Positions 36,231 through 44,466 of a stretch of 61,835 bases of DNA are shown one piece after another. The DNA is from Myxococcota bacterium (GTDB taxonomy: Bacteria > Myxococcota_A > UBA796 > GCA-2862545): assembly GCA_039208735.1 (NCBI GenBank), contig JBCCQY010000046.1:1-61835 (forward strand). The letters run 5' to 3'. The notes beneath the pieces are model-generated. The model searched no databases. It was not told where the DNA came from and saw only the letters and a program-made list of their open reading frames with translations. Each line of letters begins with the position of its first letter. Position 1 is the first letter of the stretch. A program made the translations under genes and the position numbers.

Positions 36231-37961
36231 ATGCACGAACTCGTGACCGCTTGGCAACGAGACTGGCGAATTGCTCAATTGCGAGAGGAATTGGGCGCGG
36301 CCCTGGCCGTGACCGTTGTAGGGGTCCCTCAGGGGGTTGCTTACGCCGTCGTCGCCGGACTCCCACCCATCATGGGCCTCTTTGCGGGGGCATTGCCCGC
36401 CATCGTGGCGTCGGCCTTTCGGAGTTCGCGGCATGTGGTGACGGGACCGACAAATGCGCTGTCGCTGCTCGTCGGCACCACCGTCGCGGTACAAGCCAAC
36501 GACCCGGTCGCCGCGGCGACGACCCTCGCGGTGATGATCGGATTGATTCAGGTGGCCGCAGGTGGGCTACGCCTTGGCAGCATCGTCGACTACGTTTCGG
36601 CCGCCGTGGTCACAGGCTACGTCACCGGCGCCGGGATTCTGATTGCCGTAGGGCAGTTGCCCGCGCTCACGGGCATTCCTCGCGTATCGGGAGACCTGAT
36701 CACCCAACTTTGGGGTTGGGTCAGTGGATTATCAGGGACGCATCTTCCTTCACTTGCCCTGGGGCTCCTCACGGTGGCCGCCCTGTTGCTGGCCCGGCAG
36801 CGATTGGGCAAGTCTGGGGCGGCAATCCTGGCCGTCGTGGGCAGTGGGGTCTTGGTCTGGGCGTTGGGCGCTCGCGCCTCGGACATCGCGTTGGTTGGCG
36901 ATCTGGCCGCCACCGAGTCGGGGTTGCCCTCATTGACGTGGCCCGATTTTTCGTTGGTCGATGACCTTTGGCCCGTCGCGTTTGCAGGGGTCCTGCTCTC
37001 GCTCGTCGAGTCGACCTCGGTGGCTCGTTCGATTGCCTCAAAGACCGGGCAGCGCTTGTCGCTCCAACTCGAATTCATCGGCACGGGCCTTGCGAATCTC
37101 GTTGCGGGGCTTGGGTCGGGGTACCCCGTGAGTGGGAGCTTGGCTCGATCGACCCTCAATGTGCAGTCCGGGGCGCGGACCCGCTTCTCGGGCATGCTCT
37201 CGGGGGCTCTCATGTTGGTGGTCCTGCTGGGGTTGGGTCCGTTGGTGGACCGCTTGCCGATGCCAGCGCTCGCCGGACTGATCGTGGTCATTGCCGCCGA
37301 TCTGGTCGATTTCAGCCGCATTCGACGGTTGCTACGGGCGACCTTTGCCGACCGCCTCGCCTTTCTGGGGACCCTGCTCGGCACCTTCGCCCTGCCCCTC
37401 GACCAAGCGATCGCGGTGGGGGTCGGGATCAACCTGGTCCTGTTCCTTCGTCAGTCGCAATGGATCGTGGTCCGTGAGCTTCGCGTCAATGAGGATGGAC
37501 TGCTGCAGGAAGTGGAGCCAGATGCGGTCGTGCCGGGACTCAGACGGTGCCCGGCCATTCGCATTTTGCACCTTGAAGGACCGCTGTTTTTCGGTGCAGC
37601 CGGGGCCCTCGACGACGCCCTCACCGAGGCGATGGCCGACCCTGCGGTTCGCGTGGTCGTGGTGCGGCTTAAACGCGCCTCGGGACTTGATTTTACGACG
37701 GCAGAGGTGTTCGCGCAGGCGCATCGTCGGATGGTGGCCTCAGATCGACGCCTGATGCTTGTCGGCCTTCGGCCGAAGATGATCGAGACCCTCGCGCGAA
37801 GTGGCGTGGCCGAGGCGTTGGGCGATGCGGTGTATCCCACGCAACCCGGCTGGTTCGTGGCCATGCGAGAGGCGCTTGCCGCGGCCGTTGCGAGTCTGCC
37901 GCCCCATCACCCCGAGGGCATCGAATGCCCCGTGGCGACGGTCACCGATCCGGATGGTTGA
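36231..37961 (+). CDS. SulP/SLC26 anion transporter with C-terminal STAS domain
   Basis: PQGVAYA..AGLPP..GL, GPTNA, SGSLARS..N..SGART, GPLFFGAA. Confidence 0.93.
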   Translation: MHELVTAWQRDWRIAQLREELGAALAVTVVGVPQGVAYAVVAGLPPIMGLFAGALPAIVASAFRSSRHVVTGPTNALSLLVGTTVAVQANDPVAAATTLAVMIGLIQVAAGGLRLGSIVDYVSAAVVTGYVTGAGILIAVGQLPALTGIPRVSGDLITQLWGWVSGLSGTHLPSLALGLLTVAALLLARQRLGKSGAAILAVVGSGVLVWALGARASDIALVGDLAATESGLPSLTWPDFSLVDDLWPVAFAGVLLSLVESTSVARSIASKTGQRLSLQLEFIGTGLANLVAGLGSGYPVSGSLARSTLNVQSGARTRFSGMLSGALMLVVLLGLGPLVDRLPMPALAGLIVVIAADLVDFSRIRRLLRATFADRLAFLGTLLGTFALPLDQAIAVGVGINLVLFLRQSQWIVVRELRVNEDGLLQEVEPDAVVPGLRRCPAIRILHLEGPLFFGAAGALDDALTEAMADPAVRVVVVRLKRASGLDFTTAEVFAQAHRRMVASDRRLMLVGLRPKMIETLARSGVAEALGDAVYPTQPGWFVAMREALAAAVASLPPHHPEGIECPVATVTDPDG

Positions 37962-39321
37962 GCAGGATGCGACATCCCGCTTCCTCCCCTCGCGCCATCA
38001 CCCGAGCCACGGCACCTGGTGAGCCTTGGAAGGTGAGGATCATGCCTTCATCGTCGGCGTCGCTATCGACCACTCGGCACGCGCTGTAGATCAGCGTCGA
38101 GACCTCGGCCGCCGCATAAGGAACGTGCAGGGTGGCGTTCACCAATCGAGCGCCCCGAACCGTCTCGATGAGGGCGTCACGCAGGGCATCGGTATCGGTG
38201 GCGTCGTGGCTGCTCACCACCCGGTAGGGCCCCACGGTGCCCTCGTCCAACTCGGGAAGCACGTCGACCTGGTCCCGCTTGTTGAAGATCGTGAATCGAG
38301 CGATACCGTCTGCGCCGAGGGCGTCCAGCTGCGCTTCGGTGGTCTTGAGGTGCAATGGCCATTCGGGGTCCGACAGATCCACCACGATCGCGAGCAGATC
38401 TGCCTCTTGGGCCTCGGAAAGCGTGGTCGAGAAGCTCGCGAGCAATCGCTTTGGGAGGTCGCGGATGAACCCCACCGTGTCGGTGAGCAACACCTCGCCG
38501 CCATGTCGGGTGAGGCATCGGGTCGTGGTGTCGAGCGTTTCAAAGGGTCGGGACCGCGTGGCCAGTTCGGAGCCTGACAACGCGTTCATCAGCGAGGTCT
38601 TGCCCGCGTTGGTGTAGCCCACCAACGCGATGCGCAAGGTGTCTTCGCGCCGTTTGCGATGTTCGGCGCCGGCTCGTTCGAGCTTGCTGAATGCGCGCCT
38701 TAGGCGCACGAGTCGGTCGTCGATCTGGCGTGCCAGTAGCTCGGAGGCCGTTTCACCGGCCCCCCGACCGTACAGGCCACCCCCGGCCTGTTGATCCATG
38801 TCGAGCCCCAACCCGCGTATCCGGGGTCGGAGGTACTGCAGTCGCGCAATCTCGACCTGGATGCGGGCCGCCTTGGAGCGCGCATGCCGGTGGAACACAC
38901 CCAAGATGACAATCTCACGGTCGCTTACCGAAAGGCCAGCAATGTCTTCGAGATTTCGAGTTTGGGAGGGTGAGAGCGGCGCGTCGAGCACGAGCAGGGA
39001 GGCGCCTGCGGCACGGGCCCGATCGGCCAGGGCTCGCGCGACGCCGGGACCTACATGGGTTCGACGATGCGGATTTTTGAGCACTCGGCTTTCATGGCCG
39101 ACGATCGGATGACCGTTGGCCTCGACAAGGCCGAGGATCTCGGCAAGCTGGGCGTCGCGTTGCACATCTGAGGTCCAATCGCCCAACGACACCACGTAGG
39201 TGGCGGCGGGGGCATCGGGTTCGAGTTCGGGAGGCGCCTCGGAAAGGAGGGCCTCGATTTGGCCGTCTTCTGGCACAGACACGTCACCGTGCTCGGGCAC
39301 GGGGTCAGATCGAAATCGCAT
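37942..39321 (-). CDS. hflX: HflX-family ribosome-splitting GTPase (divergent paralog)
   Basis: LSPSQTRNLE, DREIVILGVF..HA, GAGET, G1 GYTNAGKT, TLDTTTR, DTVGF, NKRD; ATG 39321 preferred over GTG 39345. Confidence 0.9.
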   Translation of the reverse strand: MRFRSDPVPEHGDVSVPEDGQIEALLSEAPPELEPDAPAATYVVSLGDWTSDVQRDAQLAEILGLVEANGHPIVGHESRVLKNPHRRTHVGPGVARALADRARAAGASLLVLDAPLSPSQTRNLEDIAGLSVSDREIVILGVFHRHARSKAARIQVEIARLQYLRPRIRGLGLDMDQQAGGGLYGRGAGETASELLARQIDDRLVRLRRAFSKLERAGAEHRKRREDTLRIALVGYTNAGKTSLMNALSGSELATRSRPFETLDTTTRCLTRHGGEVLLTDTVGFIRDLPKRLLASFSTTLSEAQEADLLAIVVDLSDPEWPLHLKTTEAQLDALGADGIARFTIFNKRDQVDVLPELDEGTVGPYRVVSSHDATDTDALRDALIETVRGARLVNATLHVPYAAAEVSTLIYSACRVVDSDADDEGMILTFQGSPGAVARVMARGEEAGCRILLNHPDR

Positions 39322-39394
39322 GAACAGACACTTCGTGAAAGCCACCGGAGTGGCGAGGGGATTGAAAGGACCGAAACCGCGGAGTTTGGTCGAA

Positions 39395-39418
39395 TCAGAC
39401 GAAGTGCAAAATGCCCAT
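39395..39418 (-). promoter_or_regulatory. Leader uORF MGILHFV* upstream of hflX; putative translational attenuator
   Basis: Minus strand reads GGAGG-N8-ATG GGC ATT TTG CAC TTC GTC TGA; 39399-39406 is the perfect reverse complement of 39329-39336, next to the hflX start. Confidence 0.72.
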
Positions 39419-39492
39419 GGGCCTGGCCTCCAGAGGAGTGGCAGTGAGGGCTGTAGCCGGCCGACGAACCATCGACCAGGTATTCACTCGGT

Positions 39493-40434
39493 ATGTGGAC
39501 CCGACTTCAGGCCACCCTCGGTGGTTGGCTGCTCCAGGCGATGACGGCAACCCAACACCGGAGGCTCGGAGTCACCGTGCACGAGCACGTCGATGCGACG
39601 GGGCGACGCACACCGTGGCTCGACCTTGGACGACCCGAACGCGGCACCGTGGTCTGGCTGCACGGCTTTGCGGACCGCCCCGACACGTTTCTAAGGGTGG
39701 CTCCTGGTTTGTTGCCCGACTACCGCATTCTCGCCCCGGCGATGCCGGGGTTTGGCCATGGGTGGATCGAGCCGACCGAGACCCACGATGTCCATGCCTT
39801 TGGGCGATGGATGGCCGATGTTCTCGACGACATTGTCGACGAACCGGTCCACCTCGTGGGCAACTCGCTCGGTGGCGCCACCGCGCTCGCCATCGCTGCC
39901 CAACGTCCGGCGTGGTTGCGGTCGCTCGTGCCCTTGAACTCGGCGGGCATGCGGGTTCGCGGCGCGCCTTCGGTGCTCGAGGAATTCGAACAAGGCGACA
40001 TCCTCTTCGAGGTCCGGGGCCGACCCGACTACGATCGGCTCATGAAGAGGCTCTTCGCCAAACCCATGGTCGTTCCTGCCGTGGTCAACCATTTCCTTTG
40101 CTCCGAATACGCCCGACAAGCGGATTGGTTTGTCCGGGTGGCTGGCGATCTGGCGAGCAGTCGCGAGACGCTTCATGGGGAGGGGTGGTCCTCCGCGATC
40201 GACCTCACCGCCATCGATGTGCCCACGTTGGTGCTGTGGGGGGACCGCGACTCGCTGTTTCCGGTGTCTCATGCACAGGCGATGGCGCGTCAAATCCCCG
40301 GCGCGCGGCTCGAGCTTATTCCCGGCATCGGACATTGCCCCCATCTCGAGTCACCGGGAAACCTTGCACAAGCGGTACGCAGGTTCGTGCAGACGGTCGG
40401 ACGGGGGAATACGGGGCCTCGCCGAGAAGGGTAG
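39493..40434 (+). CDS. Alpha/beta hydrolase (lipase/esterase)
   Basis: LHGF, PGFG, GNSLGG, LWGDRD, GHCP. Confidence 0.9.
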   Translation: MWTRLQATLGGWLLQAMTATQHRRLGVTVHEHVDATGRRTPWLDLGRPERGTVVWLHGFADRPDTFLRVAPGLLPDYRILAPAMPGFGHGWIEPTETHDVHAFGRWMADVLDDIVDEPVHLVGNSLGGATALAIAAQRPAWLRSLVPLNSAGMRVRGAPSVLEEFEQGDILFEVRGRPDYDRLMKRLFAKPMVVPAVVNHFLCSEYARQADWFVRVAGDLASSRETLHGEGWSSAIDLTAIDVPTLVLWGDRDSLFPVSHAQAMARQIPGARLELIPGIGHCPHLESPGNLAQAVRRFVQTVGRGNTGPRREG

Positions 40435-40447
40435 GAGGGAAGGAACG

Positions 40448-41869
40448 ATGATGTGGGCGTTTGTGTCTCTGGCGATGGCCCAGCAGCTACCCGATCGGTT
40501 CAACGGTCAGGTCATGCGGCCCAGCATCGATGCTCAGAAGACCTTGTGGGCCGAGCAGAGTGCGACCGCACCGGACGGCTACGCGACCTTTCGGGTGTAC
40601 ACGCAGTACGCGAATGGTGTGGTTCGCGATCGTTCGACGGCGGTGACGCAGCGCTTGGTTGACGATCTGCTGGAGTTCGACCTGCTGGGGGCTTGGCACT
40701 GGCGTGGGCTGCGCTTGGGCGCCCACATTCCGATTTACGGTCTGACGACGGGCGATGATGCGACGACGCAGCCGGGATTGGGCGACATCGCGTTTGATGT
40801 CAAGGCCACCGTGCTCGAGGGAGAGACCGACCCTTTTGGGGCTGCGATCATCGCTCGCATGCTGCTGCCCACTACGTCCGTGCAGATTCCTTTGGGGAGT
40901 ACCGGGCTGGGCAGTGAGATCTTTGTGGCGGCGGATCGCGACATTGATCAGTTCACGTTGGTCACCAACCTGGGGGTTCGGATTGGACCCCAAGCCCGGG
41001 TTGGCGACATTGGCTGGGACGATCAGTTCTTTGGTCGGGTCGCGGTGGCGCTGTCGGGCGATCGATTTGGCGGGTCGTTGGAGGGTGGTTTGCAAACCAA
41101 CTTCGCAAGCGCCGAAAACCCGGCGGGGACGGCGGCCGAGCTGTTGCTTGCGGGTCATGCCAAGCTCACCGACCTGTGGACGCTGCGTGGTGGTGCGTCG
41201 ACAGGCTTGTCGACGAGCCCAGGTTCTCCACTGTTCCGAGTGCTTGCGGGAATCTCCTATGAGCCCGATCCGTCGCCAGACAATGATCGCGACGGTCTAG
41301 TGGACCGTGAAGACGGCTGCCCCCGCGATGCTGAGGATCCCGACGGCTACGAGGATTACGACGGCTGCCCCGACGCGTCGTACTCGGTGCAGGTGATGGT
41401 CACCGACCCAGATGGCGATCCTCTGGAAGCTTTGGTGGTGCTCGACGGGGTCGAGAGCCACCACCTCGATCTTGGCGACCGGGTGGCCACGGTCCATCCC
41501 GGGCTCTACCGCCTGATTGCCAAGGTGGACGGCTACGATTCGTATGTGGGCGAGGTCGATATTCCCGCCGTGCAGGGCCATCAGGTCAAGGTCGAGGTTT
41601 CGCCGCGCCAGGGTCAGGTTCGCGTCTGGGCCGTCGATGAAGTGGGCAATCGGGTGGCGGCTCGCTTCACGATCGATGGGTTGGATTCACAGCCTACGGG
41701 TGGCGAGCCTGTCACGGTGCGCACCGGAGAGCACGCGATTGTCGTGACCGCCGATGGATACCGGGCCGCGCCTGTCTCGGTGAACGTGGCACACGGTCAG
41801 ACGAGGGCGTTGTCCGTCGTGCTCGACCGGTTGCCCGCGGCCCCGTCCAGCCGCGACGACGACGAGTAG
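40448..41869 (+). CDS. Outer-membrane beta-barrel protein with TSP3 Ca-binding repeats and C-terminal PEGA/Ig-like domains
   Basis: Signal peptide MMWAFVSLAMA; GLGDIAFDVK barrel motif; DNDRDGLVDREDGCP...DGYEDYDGCPD; purine-rich RBS. Confidence 0.75.
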   Translation: MMWAFVSLAMAQQLPDRFNGQVMRPSIDAQKTLWAEQSATAPDGYATFRVYTQYANGVVRDRSTAVTQRLVDDLLEFDLLGAWHWRGLRLGAHIPIYGLTTGDDATTQPGLGDIAFDVKATVLEGETDPFGAAIIARMLLPTTSVQIPLGSTGLGSEIFVAADRDIDQFTLVTNLGVRIGPQARVGDIGWDDQFFGRVAVALSGDRFGGSLEGGLQTNFASAENPAGTAAELLLAGHAKLTDLWTLRGGASTGLSTSPGSPLFRVLAGISYEPDPSPDNDRDGLVDREDGCPRDAEDPDGYEDYDGCPDASYSVQVMVTDPDGDPLEALVVLDGVESHHLDLGDRVATVHPGLYRLIAKVDGYDSYVGEVDIPAVQGHQVKVEVSPRQGQVRVWAVDEVGNRVAARFTIDGLDSQPTGGEPVTVRTGEHAIVVTADGYRAAPVSVNVAHGQTRALSVVLDRLPAAPSSRDDDE

Positions 41870-41872
41870 CGA

Positions 41873-42553
41873 TCAGCTCGCGTGCTGGCGCATGCGGGCC
41901 ACGAATACCCCGCCGCAGTACTCCGCCATGGCGTCGAAGGCGTCCTGGAGTTCGGCGTCGCTCATCTTCTTGATTTGCTTCGCGTTGTTGACCACGAGCA
42001 GGCCTTGGGCGACCGCGCTCGGGTCTCCGGCGGCGATGTTGCACCGCAACCGGCTCTTGTAGACCTTTCTGCCCGCTTCCGTGAACAGCTTGGCTCGGAC
42101 CTTGTAGGTGAACGATCCCTGCACCCCGAGGCTCGGCACCTGCAGGCCCCACTCCACAAGTTCGAGCTGCAACAGGTTGCCGGAGTCATTGCGGCCCCGC
42201 ACGGCAAACGGTGGGCCGCCTCCCAACGTGCTTGCCAGACTGTTGAGCATGGCATCGTTCGAGCGTCCGATGTCGACCCGACCGATCTTCTCTCGAAGCT
42301 GGGCCTCCTTCACGCCCTGAACGACGTTGAATACGCCCGACGCTACGCTACCGACGACGTTGGCGGCTACTTCGGCGTCGCTATCCGGGGTAGGGTCGCC
42401 CACATAGTAAGAGCGGGGAAGCACCGCGCTGGCTCCCGACGTGGTCAACAGCTGAAGCTGCACATCATCGATCGAGCCAACGTTTCTCTTGAATCGGCCG
42501 TGGCAGCCCACCATCACAAGCAAAGACAAGGTCAGACCAAGCGCTCGGAGCAT
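41873..42553 (-). CDS. Hypothetical lipoprotein
   Basis: Lipobox MVGC after a hydrophobic stretch; GGAGG RBS upstream. Confidence 0.75.
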   Translation of the reverse strand: MLRALGLTLSLLVMVGCHGRFKRNVGSIDDVQLQLLTTSGASAVLPRSYYVGDPTPDSDAEVAANVVGSVASGVFNVVQGVKEAQLREKIGRVDIGRSNDAMLNSLASTLGGGPPFAVRGRNDSGNLLQLELVEWGLQVPSLGVQGSFTYKVRAKLFTEAGRKVYKSRLRCNIAAGDPSAVAQGLLVVNNAKQIKKMSDAELQDAFDAMAEYCGGVFVARMRQHAS

Positions 42554-42626
42554 CTTTCATCACCTCCAACCCATCGACGGTCGCAATCGGTCGGGCATTC
42601 GGCAAAATGTCGTTGCTCGCGTGAGC

Positions 42627-43676
42627 TTAGTCGTCCCAGGGATCCTCGGGCAGCGGGTCGAGGTCCTCGCGACGATCTTCTTCGTCGGTGGGAGGGCGCA
42701 CATGCTCCCACATGGCGTAGGTGAGGGCGGGCAGCTGTGCTCCGCTCACCGCCGACACCGTTCGGGCTTCGATGCCTGCGGTGCGCAACTCCTCGAGCAG
42801 GGCTTGTTGTTCCTCGTTTGAGAGGAGGTCGACCTTCGACAACACCACGATCTCGGGTCGCGTGGCGAGCTCCGGATCGTAGGCCTGAAGTTCCCGCCGC
42901 AATGCCCGCACTCGTTCGGACGGCGGGGTCTCGTCGTCGGCCGCCACGAGATGAAGGATCAACCGACAGCGTTGGAGATGGCGAAGGAAGCGGTGTCCGA
43001 GCCCCGCGCCTTCACTGGCCCCTTCGATGAGCCCCGGCACATCCGCCACCACAAAGGACCGCCCTTCACCCACATCGACCACCCCAAGGTTCGGGGTCAA
43101 CGTGGTGAATGGGTAATCGGCAATCTTTGGCTTAGCCGCCGAGATCCGTGAGATGAGGGTGGACTTTCCTGCGTTGGGAAATCCAAGCAGGCCCACGTCG
43201 GCGAGCAAGCGCAGCTCTAGCCGAAGGTGAAGCTCCACTCCGGGTTCGCCATCCTGGGCCATGCGGGGCGTGCGGTGAGTCGACGTCTTGAAGTGGGCAT
43301 TGCCCTTGCCGCCTCGTCCCCCTTCCATGACGTAGGTGTCGCCTTCGTGAGTGAGATCTGCGAGCTGTTCGTCGGTCTCTTCGTCGAAGATGACGGTACC
43401 GATGGGCACCAGCAGTTCGAGCGTCTTGCCTGACGCGCCGGTCATGTTCTTCTTGCGACCGGGCTCACCGCTCGGTGCACGGTAGGTCTTGCCGTAGCGA
43501 TAGTCGACGAGGGTGTTGCGCTGCGGCGTGGCCCGAAAGACCACGGACCCGCCCTTGCCGCCGTTGCCACCATCCGGGCCGCCGCGGGGCACAAAGCGCT
43601 CGCGCAGAAAGGAAATCGCCCCGGGGCCACCGTGGCCCGACGAGGCGAAGAAACGAATTTCGTCGATGAACTTCAT
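42627..43676 (-). CDS. obgE: GTPase ObgE/CgtA
   Basis: GGPDGGNGGKGG, ADVGLLGFPNAGKST, ADYPFTTL, DVPGLIEGA..G.GLG. Confidence 0.98.
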   Translation of the reverse strand: MKFIDEIRFFASSGHGGPGAISFLRERFVPRGGPDGGNGGKGGSVVFRATPQRNTLVDYRYGKTYRAPSGEPGRKKNMTGASGKTLELLVPIGTVIFDEETDEQLADLTHEGDTYVMEGGRGGKGNAHFKTSTHRTPRMAQDGEPGVELHLRLELRLLADVGLLGFPNAGKSTLISRISAAKPKIADYPFTTLTPNLGVVDVGEGRSFVVADVPGLIEGASEGAGLGHRFLRHLQRCRLILHLVAADDETPPSERVRALRRELQAYDPELATRPEIVVLSKVDLLSNEEQQALLEELRTAGIEARTVSAVSGAQLPALTYAMWEHVRPPTDEEDRREDLDPLPEDPWDD

Positions 43677-43706
43677 GACGGTGCCGTTCGAGCGCCGCCC
43701 GTGGCC

Positions 43707-43985
43707 TTACTTGGCGGCCACGGACTCCGCCGACTCCAGCGGCTCGACCGAAATGAGCTTCCGGTTGTTCTTGACGTGGAACCGGACGCGGCCTTCGATG
43801 GTGGAGTAAAGCGTGTAGTCACGGCCCTGACCGACATTGCGGCCGGGGTGGAACGTCGAGCCGACCTGGCGGACGATGATGCCTCCGCCCTTGACGATCT
43901 CGCCGTCGTACTTCTTCACGCCGCGAAACTGCGGATTGGAATCACGGCCGTTGCGGGTCGAGCCCTGGCCCTTTTTGTGTGCCAT
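43707..43985 (-). CDS. rpmA: 50S ribosomal protein L27
   Basis: [16 protein letters not shown]; canonical rplU-rpmA-obgE gene order. Confidence 0.98.
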   Translation of the reverse strand: MAHKKGQGSTRNGRDSNPQFRGVKKYDGEIVKGGGIIVRQVGSTFHPGRNVGQGRDYTLYSTIEGRVRFHVKNNRKLISVEPLESAESVAAK

Positions 43986-43997
43986 TGGTGGTTCCTC

Positions 43998-44306
43998 TTA
44001 GGCCTTGATTTCTGCGATCTCGAGTTGCGTGTGGCTGTGCCGGAAGCCAACCCGGCGCCGGTAGCGACGAGTGGGGCGGTACTTGAAGGTGATGACCTTG
44101 TCGCCGCGGGGATGTCCGAGGACCTTGGCGGTCACCGTGGCCCCGTTGACAAGCGGAGTGCCAACCTTGACCTCGCTGTCGTGGACGAGGAGCACCTTGT
44201 CGAGGGTGATGGTGTCGCCGATCTCGGCCGCAAGCTTGTCGACCTCAATGACGTCGCCTTGGGCCACGCGGTACTGCTTACCGCCGCTCTCGATGATTGC
44301 GTACAT
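43998..44306 (-). CDS. rplU: 50S ribosomal protein L21
   Basis: MYAIIESGGKQYRV, VGTPLV.GA.V. Confidence 0.98.
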   Translation of the reverse strand: MYAIIESGGKQYRVAQGDVIEVDKLAAEIGDTITLDKVLLVHDSEVKVGTPLVNGATVTAKVLGHPRGDKVITFKYRPTRRYRRRVGFRHSHTQLEIAEIKA

Positions 44307-44466
44307 GAATGAACTCCGTCCAGGCGCACTGCGGATCGCGGAGGACCGCGTGTCTTGGATGCCTGCACCCGCCTAAAGACGGCGGATGGGTCGTATGGAG
44401 TGGCGCCGAGCCCTTCGCCCCACGCGCACGGGGTGCTGTAGTCCGGCGCGCCATGGGGGGCAACCG

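Noticed and set aside
2840..37961. Sulfotransferase, ASST and SulP as one sulfation pathway
   Set aside because: They are 7-23 kb apart in unrelated transcription units; no evidence of linkage
40130..40447. Upstream extension of the barrel/TSP3 ORF
   Set aside because: Overlaps the hydrolase gene; RBS and signal peptide support a start at 40448
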